The notes under the pieces were generated by a model, which saw only the letters and a program-made list of their open reading frames with translations, was not told the DNA's origin and ran no database searches. From Camelus dromedarius (lineage: Eukaryota), in assembly GCF_036321535.1 (NCBI RefSeq), contig NC_087447.1, forward strand, positions 43,898,001 through 43,962,000: a DNA stretch of 64,000 nucleotides, given 5' to 3'. Shown here in pieces: positions 51,571-63,216 of the stretch. The position numbers and the translations under genes are program-made. Each line of letters opens with the position of its first letter. Position 1 is the stretch's first letter.

Positions 51571-53029
51571 GCTTGGTCCCTTGGGGAGGTAGAAATATAA
51601 CCCACTGGCCTAAGGAAACTCATACTCTGTTGTCTTTTTGTTTCTTAATGTTCAAACTCCACAGTCAGATGAGGGGGAAGATGTGGAAAAAGATGGTGAA
51701 AGGCTCATGCACAGGGGAAAAAGTATGAGAAATGAGAGAAGGGAACAAAAGATTCACCCATACATAAGTATTCTGTGGCCAATGTTTGCCTTCTAAGACA
51801 AAGTTGGATTTTGGGCAGAGACAAGAAGCAGTGGAGGAAGTAGAAAACACAGAGGATTCATCTAGGAGGCCCCCCAAGAGATAAAACTGAGAAAACAGAG
51901 GGGAGGAAGTTCTCATAAAAGTAAAATAACATTTCCTGGAGTGAAAGAAAGATTTAAGGTTTTCGACTAAATGTCCCAGGAAATGCTGGGCAAGATAAAT
52001 GAAACAGGGCACATAAACCCAGACACACTGTTGTGAAATTTCAAAATCCCAAGGCCAGAGAGAACACCATAGAGATCTGGAAGCTGGCTGCCTTTGGACT
52101 TGTTTTAAGCAACTCTTAAATGCAAGAAGACCATAGAAGAGTACCTTTAAAATTCCGAGGGAAAATTATTTTCATTGTAGAATGTATGCAGAGCCAAATC
52201 ACCCATAAAAATGAGGGCAGAATAAAAGCATTTTTAGAAATGCAAGGACTAGATATTTATATCCTACGTCCATCTTCTGAAAATCTTCCTTGAGGATGTA
52301 CTCCAGCTAAATGGGAAAAAAAGGGGGGGGGACTAAAGAAAGAGAAAGTAGAGAAACTGATAAAAGTGTACCTAACCCTCAAGTCCCAGTGATATGGGGT
52401 TAAGTCATCAGCTCTGGGTAGGTGAGAAAATATTTCTAGATGGAAGCAGAATTTCTGGGAAGAATACCAACAAGAAGAAAGTGGGTTCTCTGTACCAAAT
52501 GTGTGATCAAGAGACTGGGTATATTTAATAACACAGAAATATGCTTCTCTTTGTTTATAAAATATCCCCAATATTTTATGATAGAAAATATTATAAAATA
52601 GTCTAAGAAACAAAAAATGCCATAAAAGAAACTGTCAAATGTCAAGTTAATTAAAACACGATCAGATTTTGAACAATTGATGGTATATAACTGAAGACTC
52701 TGAAAACAGGAACTGAATCCTTCAAGTGGCACAGGATTAACAATATAAAACTGCGCTTCCTTTTCTGAGGGTCCAGTCACACTTTAGGGCTCAGTAGTTA
52801 CTAATATTTACACAATCACAATATTGTAATAGCAATAACAATAGCTCCACCTTTGAGTACTTAACAAGTGCCACTGCTATAAGCATCATTTATGTGCTAA
52901 TCCATAAGACCCCATGATTACCAGAAATTAGCAGGTGAGGAAACCGAGGTACAGAAAGGGGAAGTAAGTTGTTGATGGCTACTTTTAATCACCGTGATCT
53001 AACAGGAAAAGCTAACAATACTCTTAGCT

Positions 53030-53740
53030 AGTATGGCTGGTACCAGTTGATCGAAAAAGTCTCTTAAAGGAAAAAACCACCCTCCCTTATACCTTAAATA
53101 TTTTATTCTAATGTAAACATTTTATTTTAACCTAAAATATTAATTCACTAATCATTTGATATAAAGTTCTTTTCTTTGAGCATAGTTTTGTGTTGTTTTT
53201 CTTACATCAAAAACACCCACAAATGCAGTTTTCTTCAACTTGAGTTTTTTTAAAGTAGAATAAGAAGTTAAAGACATTTGTGAAGTGATCTGGGAAGAGA
53301 ATCCTTCCAGATTTTTACATTGTTTGCAGTCTTTTACAGTTGCTCCCCCACTCCTAATTTAGCACCTTTTTAAAAAATAGGTTGCCTTTACTGAGTCTTA
53401 GAAAGCATTCAATTCAGTTTTCGTAGAAGCAAGTCTCCTTTAGCATTCATATTTTACCAGTATATGTAATATTTAATTAAATTACATAATTCCAATAATA
53501 AGTACAACCAGAATAAACAAGTTTTGGAACAAAAATTACTGCTTCTTAGTAACCATTGAGCTTAATTTATGAGAGCAGGAATAAATGGGAACAGCAGTGC
53601 TATCTGTGAGCACTCAGCCTGTCATGCATTTATTGAAATATCTTCTAGAAGAAATGAAAGCTCAAATAATTATGGCCAGTTGGATAACTGAAAGTTGGTT
53701 AAGAAAGCTTCAGTTGTACATAAAACAGTCTGTTGGTACA
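53030..53740 (-). mobile_element. Tigger/pogo-family DNA transposon relic with a degenerate transposase N-terminus
   Basis: Minus-strand frameshifted peptides KLGVGE/TVKDC and KNLEGFSSQITSQMSLTSYSTLKKLKL (about 53240-53360) resemble the Tigger HTH region. Boundaries are uncertain. Confidence 0.55.
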
Positions 53741-53769
53741 AAATGTCTGTTTTACTTTTCATTTTATCA

Positions 53770-53856
53770 TTTTTTTAATGGAAGTACTGGGGATTGAACC
53801 CAGGACCTCGTGCATGCTAGGTATGAGCTCTATCACTGAGCTATACCCTCCCTCCC
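53770..53856 (-). mobile_element. tRNA-derived camelid-type SINE (short)
   Basis: Reverse complement reads gggagggtatagctcagtgatagagc...gtcctgggttcaatccccagtacttccattaaaaaaa. Confidence 0.87.
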
Positions 53857-54479
53857 TGTATGTAATGTTTAGACTCAACATATAGACAAACATGGATGAT
53901 TTTATAATTAAATACAAAATGTAGAAATTTTACCATCACAGGGAAATAACAGCATAAAAGCAAACCAATATCCTCATTTTACAAAGGAGAAGATCCAGAG
54001 ATAATGCCTAAGGTTGATAGAACAGGAAATGGGAATTTTAAAAATACTCTTATTAGAGTCTACAACATAATCAACAGAAGAACTCAAAATAACATAATAA
54101 AGATGGAGATGAGAAAATTCCTCATCTTGTTTACATATATTCTAAAGTTGGCTAATAAAAAACTGAAGCACAAGTGTATTATTTACAGTATGGAAGTAAT
54201 TACCAGGAACCTAAAACTAGAAAATATTAAATGAAAATGGTTGCCTCTGAGAGTGGACCCACAGGTAAGAATGAACGCTTTTCTTTCTCTTTTTTTCAGT
54301 ATTGTGTTAATCTTTTTCTAACATTGTGTATATATAAACTGGATAATTATAATTAAAATTACAAATAAAATGTGGAGACGTAAAATGAAATACAAAATAA
54401 AGAAAACATTCTTTAAATTAGGAAGCTGAAACATACCCAGTTCTGACTAAAGAGGATCATTTAAAGGCCCAGAAGGGGC

Positions 54480-54725
54480 TCTGTCCGAACTGAAACAGAT
54501 GCCAAAAAACACCGAAAGCACCCGGGAAGGTTTCTGCATTCAGAAACCTCCCACAGTGCGGCCTCTAAACTACCCTGGGGTGGGGGGCCCAGATGGCTGC
54601 CCACGCGCCCCAGGTCGGCGCCTGCGCACAGGGCCCCCAGGAGCGCGCAGGGAGCAGCTGTAATTAGGCACTGCCTGTCATCAGGCACGTGCAGCCCAGG
54701 GTGCCTAGCCTGCCATCTGTCTACC
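54480..54725. promoter_or_regulatory. Candidate intronic enhancer (CpG-retaining TF motif cluster)
   Basis: 8 CpGs in 54601-54690. GCGCCTGCGCA (54618-28), CAGCTGTAATTA (54655-66), TGTCA (54676-80), CACGTG (54686-91), and GCCATCTG on opposite strands (54590-97 and 54712-19). Confidence 0.45.
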
Positions 54726-55552
54726 TGCCTGCCTCTATGAACTCACACTCTGATACCTACCCAGCCAAAGTGTATTTTATGAAAGCCCTCCATCATGATT
54801 CCATTTTTGCCCTGAACCTGAACCATGGAATCAGCTCCACGTACACTAAGAGAGCTTCTCTATATCTGGACTTGGCTTGAAAAGATAAACGAAAAGATGG
54901 CATCAATGCTGTGAAATGGGTTTGGGGTCTCCCTCCAGCCAAGAGATTGGTTGGTTTCACTTTACGTTTTTGATAATATGAAAAAAAATGTTGCTTTTTT
55001 CATTTTATAAATATATATTTTATTACAGTATTAGGAGAGAAGCTTTCTTACTCCAGTTAAGAATTGGTGGACATCCTAAGAATTCTAATTCAAGGAAGTA
55101 TTTGAGAGTCTGGAGAAGATTTCTTATGACTGAAATAGCAGTTGAGTTGCTGGATTACACAACCTATATCCCCAGCAGGAAAGAACAATTAACCACTTGA
55201 AGCAATTTTGTGTTTATATTCATTAAGTAAGCAAAGTTCTGCTTAAGTAGGTCCCTGTGCCATAATTACAAGGGTCAGTACAGACAATATTGATAGAGCC
55301 TAGGTCCCGACAATGGGAAGTTCAAATACACTTCAGAAAATGCTCTTAGAGCTCAGAATGAAAGGAACAATTTGCCTGTAAGCCTAACAGGAAGAAAGAC
55401 CATGATTGTGCATTGCAGGCATATCAATTACTCCCTGGCTATCCAAAAATTCTGTCAAAGATACAATGCTCCACAGCATTATCGGTTTTAATAAGAATTT
55501 ACAGAAAAGTGTGGCTTAAATCCTAGTATCTTTGAATATGGCAGACAGTCTC

Positions 55553-55620
55553 AAACTCCCAGCTTGAAGAACTTAGAAACTGCACATAAATTCCCAGCTT
55601 GAAGAACTTAGAAACTGTAC
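55553..55620. repeat. 35-bp near-perfect tandem duplication
   Basis: aaactcccagcttgaagaacttagaaactgcacat / aaattcccagcttgaagaacttagaaactgtac. Confidence 0.92.
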
Positions 55621-56159
55621 CTGGCTTTTGGTAAATGAGTCCAAAAATCTACTCTAGTGGCCACAGCCAGGCTGCTATCAGATTTTAATGACAAACTGTC
55701 CTTTTACAGAACGGGTATAAAAGAAAATGCAAAAGTAAGAAACAATATCATAAAATAATTGTATTCAGAAGGGCTTCTTGGGTGGAGGGTGTCAAAGTAT
55801 CAAAAACTGTCTTGCTGAAATCAGTAGGATGCAACACAAGAGAGGTACCTTTACATGTCAGAATATCTACTGATGCAAAACACAGAGCTGGCAAAGAGCA
55901 TGAGTCGTAAATAGTTTCCCAGACATGACAGGGGAAACCTGTTCTACTGGATCTGACCTCATCCATTTAGGAATTCCTCTTCACTCTGATGCCCAGGGGT
56001 AGGACACGTTTGTCAGGCATGTTCCTGCTATGCTCTGGTTTAGAAGAGCCACATTTTATGAAAATATGAAAATGTGCCTGAGTATTACATCTGCGCTCTT
56101 GTGTATAAGCAGAGACGTACCCAATCACATATCTGCAAGCCCAGAAAACTTGCCCCTGT

Positions 56160-57050
56160 TCAGCAGCGGGCAGCTCACAGCACCTTCAAAGAGCCAACTG
56201 TTAAATTTTCAGGTATTTTGAGAGCTAGGTATTAAACATAGCCATTACTTTAAAATGAAATTATATAAACTTACAGTTATATAAATGATACTGGAAACAA
56301 AGGTAATAAACATTCAAAAGTCACCATGCCCTACTCATTTTACTATATTTTACTATTATCTATGTTCTCAGGGTGATTTACCTATATTATATCTGCATGA
56401 TAGAAATAACTATATAATGATGTGTTACTGCACATCTTCCCAACTCGGCATTCAGTGTTATCTTGTCGGTAGACTGAGAGGAGCCATGGTGGGAGCATTT
56501 ATACCATGGATATTACAAACACCATAAATCAGGGCTTGATCTGTTTTTCTGTTGACGGACTCGTCTTAAGAAAGTGATGGAGAAAATGTCAATAACACAG
56601 ATTAAAAGTGTGTCATGTCTGTAGCCATTACATTGTGAATAGCAGAAAAGACTGAAGATAAATTCTCCCGGTATTCTAAAAACTATTATCTGTTTCAACA
56701 AAGAAGCTGCTCACATTATTGATGAATGGGTGAAGTTACGACATGTGTCACGGTCGCTTCACTTTCATCTTACTTGTTCACGTAAACGAAGCCACCAACA
56801 ACCATGCACGTTGGCCCTACGCTCATTTGTCAACTGCAACCAGAGGTTGCTATGGATACAGAAGGTTGACAAAAATCAAGGCATTCTATAAGAATCAACT
56901 GTAATGCATTCAATAAACTGTAGTGTGTGTTTCATTATGAATTATATAGTGCACATTATCAGTAAAATTTATAATGAGTTTGTGTGTATATTTATGCATG
57001 TATTTTTAACTCTTGAGAATTGCTTGTTACATAGGTAGCAGTACACTGCT
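56160..57050. mobile_element. MER63-like hAT (Blackjack) element, longer form
   Basis: Shares an internal block with 14105-14330. The terminus resembles cagcacaccactg (cagtacactgctg near 57040-50). Confidence 0.55.
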
Positions 57051-57399
57051 GCCTTCAATTCAGTCAGCATGGAGACTAACCTTCTTGAGAAACCGCACAG
57101 AATTAAGTTTCTTCCAATATGCCCCACTGCTCTTTACATAAGGTCTTGTCCTGATACAGAATTACCATCTTAGTGCTCAAAAGATTTGCCTCCTGAGTCC
57201 TGCTTTTACAGCATAAGTGGCTGTCACCAGATGGCAACAGAATTAGGCCTGACCTGGGGCAATTAGTTATTGAGGAAGATCAGAAATTTCTGGGTCACGA
57301 TCGTATAAAAACCATTAAACTGCTTATAAAACAACAGAAGAGTTCCTATATTCCTCTAACTGGGTAACTTTCTTCACAGCAGATGCTCTTACCTTTAAA

Positions 57400-57575
57400 G
57401 TAATCATTCTGAAATTTATGTGTGCTTGATAATTACCAGGGAAGCTTGTAGATTCCTAGGCTGTGCCTCCAGAGATCCTACTTTTGGGTAAGACCTAGGG
57501 ATCTACATTTTAAGTAAACATCCCCAAGTATCTCTGAAGGCAGGTGGCTCATGGGTCAATTTGAGAAATGCAGTA
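57400..57575. mobile_element. MER5A-like hAT-Charlie MITE
   Basis: gattcctagg...ccagagat...atctacattttaa...catcccca...tttgagaaa motifs. Confidence 0.55.
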
Positions 57576-57633
57576 TTATGAGACACTTCAAAAATGAACA
57601 TAGTAGCTTGTCTAAGCCCCCCACTCCTTTCTT

Positions 57634-58134
57634 CATTAGTGTAAAGAAATACAACTGATTTTTGAACGTTAATCTTGTAACCTGCTACCTTGCTGAATTC
57701 TTTGATCGGCTCTAGTAGTTTTTGTGTGGACCTTTTAGGGTTTTCTATATATAGTATCATGTCATCTGCATATTAATGACACTTTTACCTCTTCTTTTCC
57801 AATTTGGATCCCTTTTATTTCTCTCTCTTGCCTGATTGCTGTGGCTAGGACTTCCAAGACTATGCTGAATAGGAGTGGTGATAGTGGGCAGCCTTGTCTT
57901 GTCCCAGATTTTAGTGGGAAGCTTTTGAGTTTTTCACCGTTGAGTACTATGCAGGCTGTAGGTTTGTCGTATATAGCTTTTATTATGTTGAGATATGTTC
58001 CCTCTATACCCATTTTGGTGAGAGTTTTTATTATAAATGGGTATTGAATTTTATCAAAAGCTTTTTCTGCATCTATTGAGATGAGCATGTGGTTTTTGTC
58101 CTTTCTCTTGTTGATGTCATGTATCACATTGATT
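57634..58134 (-). mobile_element. Internal L1 ORF2 (RT domain) fragment, truncated at both ends, no poly(A), 15-bp TSD
   Basis: Encodes INVIHDINK...SIDAEKAFD...[13 protein letters not shown]...(1-nt frameshift)YADD (57761-72)...KSVVFLYTN. ccccactcctttctt at 57619-33 and 58135-49. Confidence 0.93.
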
Positions 58135-58159
58135 CCCCACTCCTTTCTTAAGCAGACAC

Positions 58160-58900
58160 TACCATCTTCATCAAGCTGGCCCCAAGGAGGAAGCTTTCTG
58201 TCTCGCTGGCTTTTCTGTTCAACTGACATGAACCTCACCTCACTGACCCTTTCACCAACTCAGTTTCCTTGTGCCCCGTGAGAAAAAGGACTCATGTTGA
58301 TTATCATAAGCAGCCTCATGAAAAATCTTGAAGTTGAGAGTGCCTTTGCCAATAATGGAAGCACAAAAAGTTTACTATGACTTGGTTTAAAAAAGCCAAC
58401 TCTGGGGCACCTTTTCTTTTTTAGATGCTCACAAACCATCTGCTAACTTGGCTTAGGACTTTGCCAGGGATGGACACCAAGCTACAAGCCTTGAATTTCT
58501 AGATTCCACATATCCTCTGCTGTGAGGACTGGGCCACGTGCCCAACTCTAGCTGCTGGCATTGCTCCCACCTCTACTGGATGTCTCCTGGCATCTGTTAT
58601 CACTCGCTTTCATCAGGCAGGGAGATGTCTTCCTTCTTGGTTTGATCAGAAATTAAAATAATATATTTCTCATTATTTGGATGTTTCCAAAGAACCAATT
58701 CCTGCCATTGGCATTCCCGAAACCGTCTTCATGGCACGTGCCCTTGAAAGTTCCTAGATGTGCATCTGCCCGGCCCCCTCGTTTGTGTGCCCATCACCCT
58801 TTAAACTTGTGCTCATCAGCACTAGTTTCCAAGATGGTGCTGTCCTCCTCCTCTTCTCCACTTTTAAGAGTTAGAATGTGAGAATCTAAAATATTTAAGA
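58160..58900 (-). mobile_element. CR1/L3 LINE relic
   Basis: Minus-strand SLVSIPGKVL (about 58454-58483) resembles the CR1 RT motif SLTSxPGK. A DFSKxxFD-like relic lies near 55800. Boundaries are uncertain. Confidence 0.4.
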
Positions 58901-59919
58901 GATCTAAAAGATCCCTTATGTTTGTCATTCCTGTTCTGCTCTCTGGAATCTGATTATATGAAATTACACTTTGTTTTATTCTTTTAAAAATGTTCCTATA
59001 TTAGAGGACACAGGTCCAGCCATATTCAGTGAAGTCAAGTCAAATGTAACATCAAGTGAAATTATATGAGAAAGAATCACCCTCTATAAACCGGATGCTA
59101 GTGTTGTTGCTCTGGTTCCTGGGGGAGTGAGGGGCAGTTTCAGTTCCAACCCTTGGGAATGAGCGTAGCCAGGATGATGTTGCAGATTCTTGGACCTCAG
59201 TAAAACACAGTGAAACCACTGTGCAGATTCAAGCACTTACCTCAGCTTGGGTCTGGCTTTTCTCTGCCATTTAAGTAATGTGCAGCATTCCTAGCTTTGA
59301 ATGAGTTTACAGCATCATTGGCACAATGCCTTTCTTAGTGAATCTTTACATGCCACTGAGACAGAAATGTTCAACTCAAAACAGTCTGGGCGTGAATTTC
59401 AACAGTAGTGATAAAGTTCTGCAACAGAAATATTTGTTTTCACATTGAAAACTCAAACCGAGTATGTACTCTAGGGGGAAGAGTAGTGACTTTCAACAAA
59501 GCATACACTAAGTCATTAAGAAATTATCCACTAAGCCATACTGTCCATGTACCTGAAACAATACATAGTATAATAACAACACAATTATTTTACTATAGAA
59601 AAAAAAGTCCTTCCACTCTTGTTGGAGAAAACCCTTCAGATTCGTAAGACCTAGAAGCCAATGGATATAGTCTTCTACTGGTCTTTCTTTTCTTTTTTCT
59701 TTTCACTTATTGTTAAGTTGATCTTTGGTTTTAATGGGACCACAGGGAAGGCAAGACATGGGCACTTTCTGACAAGTGTAAGCAGAATGTTCTGTAGTAC
59801 AGAGCACACAAGGAACTCCCTTTTTGCACTAATATCATCCAGGTTTTGAAAATGCTATTCTGTGCCATAACTTGATGACAATGGCCAGACTTCGGCCAGA
59901 AACATCCTTCTAGACAGGT

Positions 59920-60500
59920 GAGTCATTCATTTTTTTCATCTATTTAAACATTTATCAAGTACTCATTACGCTTCAGTCACTGGGTCAGATGAGGGGAATA
60001 GAAAGATGAATAAAACACAGTTCCTTCCATCAAAGCATTGACAATCAAACGAAGGAGGCAGATGCAGGAACAGAGAATGTGTTAAGTGCAGGTCCAGTGA
60101 TAGGGAAAATAGCACAGAGAATCCAGGTGAAAGAAACTCCGAGGCGAGTATTAAAAGCATGATAAGGAAGAATCCACTGGAAGAGAGGTAACAGGAGGAC
60201 AAGGAGAGCCATTCGAGGCTGGAGGACAGCTTAAGTACAGAGGCCAGTGTGCACAGCACAGCCCACTGCTCGTGTAAACCAAGAGAGGGCACAGCATGTG
60301 ACTGCACTGCTCTCTCATATGTGGCTGAGGAGCTGGGACTGGATCCTTTGGCTGATTGGGATGCTGAAGAGTTTTACAAAAAAAAGTAGCAGGATCAGAT
60401 CTGCTAGGAAGACCACTCTGGCTTCTGCAGAGGCTCAGTTTGGGTGGTTAAGAACAGAGGGCAGGAAGCACATTAGGAGCTCCAATAATACTGAAGAGAG
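59920..60500 (-). mobile_element. L2 fragment (continues between and after the L1 insertions)
   Basis: tcattcatt...aaacatttatcaagtact... is an antisense L2 3' end, with gatcagatctg...ggaagaccactctggct. Confidence 0.6.
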
Positions 60501-60502
60501 AT

Positions 60503-61222
60503 TTTTTAAAAATTGAAGTATAGTTGATTTACAATATTATATTAGTTTTAGGTACACAACAAAATGACTCAACATTTTTCTAGATTATACTCCATTTCAA
60601 GTTCCTACAAAATAATGGCTATAGTTCCCTGGGCTGCAGTATGCGTCCTTGTTGCTTATCTACTTTATGCATACTAGTTTGTGCCTCTTAATCCCATACC
60701 CCTCTCCTGCCCCTTCTCCCTTCCCTCTCCCCACTTGTAACCACCAGTTTGTTCTCTATATCTGTAAGTCTGTTCTGTTTTGTTATATACATTCATCTTT
60801 TTTTGGTTTTTTAGATTCCATGTAAGTGATAACATAGAGTATCTGTCTTTGTCTGTCTGACTAATGTCACTAAGCAGAATACCCTCTAGGTCTACCGTGT
60901 TGTTGCATATGGCAACATTTCATTCCTTTTTATGGCTGAGTAGTACTCCACTGTACACCACATCTTTATCCATTCATCTGTTGATGAACACTGAGGTATC
61001 TTCTATATCTCTGCTGTTGTAAATAATGCTGCTATGAACATTGAGGTGCATGTATCTTTTCAAATTAGTATTTTTGTTTCCTCCAGATATATACCCAGGA
61101 GTGGAATTGCTGGGTTATATGGTATTTCTATTTTTAGATTTTGAGGAACCTCCATATTGTTTTCCATAATGGCTGCACCAATTAACATTCCCACCAATAG
61201 TGTACAGTGATTTCCTTTTCCC
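60503..61222 (-). mobile_element. 5'-truncated L1 3' end (artiodactyl type)
   Basis: ttttttaaaaattgaagtatagttgatttacaatatt...cattcatctgttgatgaacac...ggagtggaattgctggg...cattcccaccaa. Homologous in reverse to 17668-18359. Confidence 0.88.
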
Positions 61223-61446
61223 AGAAAGAGGTTTGGGGGCCTGAAATGAGGTGGTAATCATAAGAATGGAGCTGGGAGACAGATCTGAGAAACAGTTATA
61301 AGAGAAAACTGGCTGGAACTGATGACTGTTGGATGAAGCAGGGCAGAGATATGGTAATAGTAAGATGTTTCTGGAATTACACTCAAGTTGCTGATGTAAG
61401 TGACTGGGGTTGAAGGTAGTATCTCCCATCAAGATAAAAAAGACAG

Positions 61447-63216
61447 TTTTTCACCGTTGAGTACTATGCTGGCTGTAGGTTTGTCATATATAGCTTTTAT
61501 TATGTTGAGATATATCCCCTCTATACCCACTTTGGCGAGAGTTTTTATCATAAATGGGTGTTGAATTTTATCAAACGCTTTTTCTGCATCGATTGAGATA
61601 ATCATGTGGTTTTTGTCCTTTCTCTTGTTGATGTGATGTATTACATTGATTGATTTGCGTATGTTGAACCACCCTTGTGTCCCTGGGATGAATTCCACTT
61701 GGTCATGATGTATAATCTTTTTTATGTGTTGTTGGATTCTATTTGCTACAGTCATCAAGACAGCATGGTATTGGTACAAAAACAGACATATAGAGCAATG
61801 GAACAGAATAGAGAGCCCAGAAATGAACCCACAAACATTTGGTAAACTAATCTTCGACAAAGGAGCCAAGAATATACAATGGAATAAAGACAGTCTCTTC
61901 AGCAAATGGTGTTGGGAAAACTGGACAGCAGCATGTAAAACAATGAAGCTAGAACACTCCCTTACACCATATACAAAAATCAACTCAAAATGGATCAAAG
62001 ACTTAAACATAAGACAAGATACAATAAACCTCCTAGAGGAAAACATAGGCAAAACATTATCTGACATACATTTCAAAAATTTTCTCCTAGTAGAAATAAA
62101 AGCAAGAATAAACAAATGGGACCTAATGAAACTTACAAGCTTTTGCACAGCAAAGGAAACCATAAGTAAAATAAGAAGGCAACCTATGGAATGGGAGAAA
62201 ATTTTTGCAAGTGAAACCGACAAAGGCTTGATCTCCAGAATATATAAGCAGCTCATATGACTCAATAAGAAAAAAATAAACCCAATCCAAAAATGGGCAG
62301 AAGACCTAAACAAGCAATTCTCCAAGGAAGACATACAAATGATCAAAAGGCACATGAAAAAATGCTCAATATCACTAATTATCAGAGAAATGCAAATCAA
62401 AACTACGATGAGGTATCACCTCACACCAGTCAGAATGGCCGTCATTCAAAAATCCACAAATGACAAATGCTGGAGAGGCTGTGGAGAAAGGGGAACCCTC
62501 CTACACTGCTGGTGGGAATGCAGTTTGGTGCAGCCACTATGGAAAACTATGGAGATTCCTCAAAAGACTAGGAATAGACTTACTGTATGATCCAGGAATC
62601 CCACTCCTGGACTTGTATCCAGAAGGAACCCTACTTCAGGATGACACCTGCACCCCAATGTTCATAGCAGCACTATTTACAATAGCCAATACATGGAAAC
62701 AGCCTAAATGTCCATCAACAGGTGACTGGATAAAGAAGATGTGGTATATTTATACAATGGAATACTACTCAGCCATAAAAACTGACAACATAATGCCATT
62801 TGCAGCAACACAGATGCTCCTGGAGAATGTCATTCTCAGTGAATTAAGCCAGAAAGAGAAAGAAAAATACCATATGAGATCGCTCATATGTGGAATCTAA
62901 AAAACAAACAAACAAACAAAAACAAAGCGTAAATACAGGACAGAAATAGACTCATAGACAGAGAATACAGACTTGTGGTTGCCAGGGGGGCGGAGGGTGG
63001 GAAGGGATAGATTGAGATTTCAAAATTGTAGAATAGATAAACAAGATTATACTGTATAGCACAGGGAAATATACACAAAACGTTATGGTAGCTCACAGAG
63101 AAAAAAATGTGACAATGAGTGTATATGTCCATGTATGACTGAAAAATTGTGCTGAACACTGGAATTTGACACAACATTGTAAAATGATTATAAATCAATA
63201 AGAAATGTTAAAAAAA
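61447..63216 (+). mobile_element. Relatively young 5'-inverted L1 (twin-priming structure) with TSD and A tail
   Basis: 61447-61748 is an antisense ORF2 RT segment (ANRIQQH...VLNGEKL). 61745-63216 is sense ORF2 C-terminus ([14 protein letters not shown]...) plus 3' UTR and A tail. TSD aagat(a)6gacag at 61431-46 and aagat(a)7gacag at 63217-33. Confidence 0.93.

Noticed and set aside
54461..54688. ORF MPDDRQCLITAAPCALLGALCAGA... as SYT9 exon 1
   Set aside because: Only superficial resemblance to the recalled SYT9 N-terminus (MPGARDALCHQALQLLAELCARG...). It starts at GTG and lacks a full CpG island. Exon 1 is probably beyond position 64000.
61429..62900. Functional L1 ORF2 or a novel 323-aa membrane protein
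   Set aside because: The element is truncated, inverted and broken into several frames, and lacks the endonuclease domain and YADD. The hydrophobic ORF is antisense L1 fused to the inverted arm.
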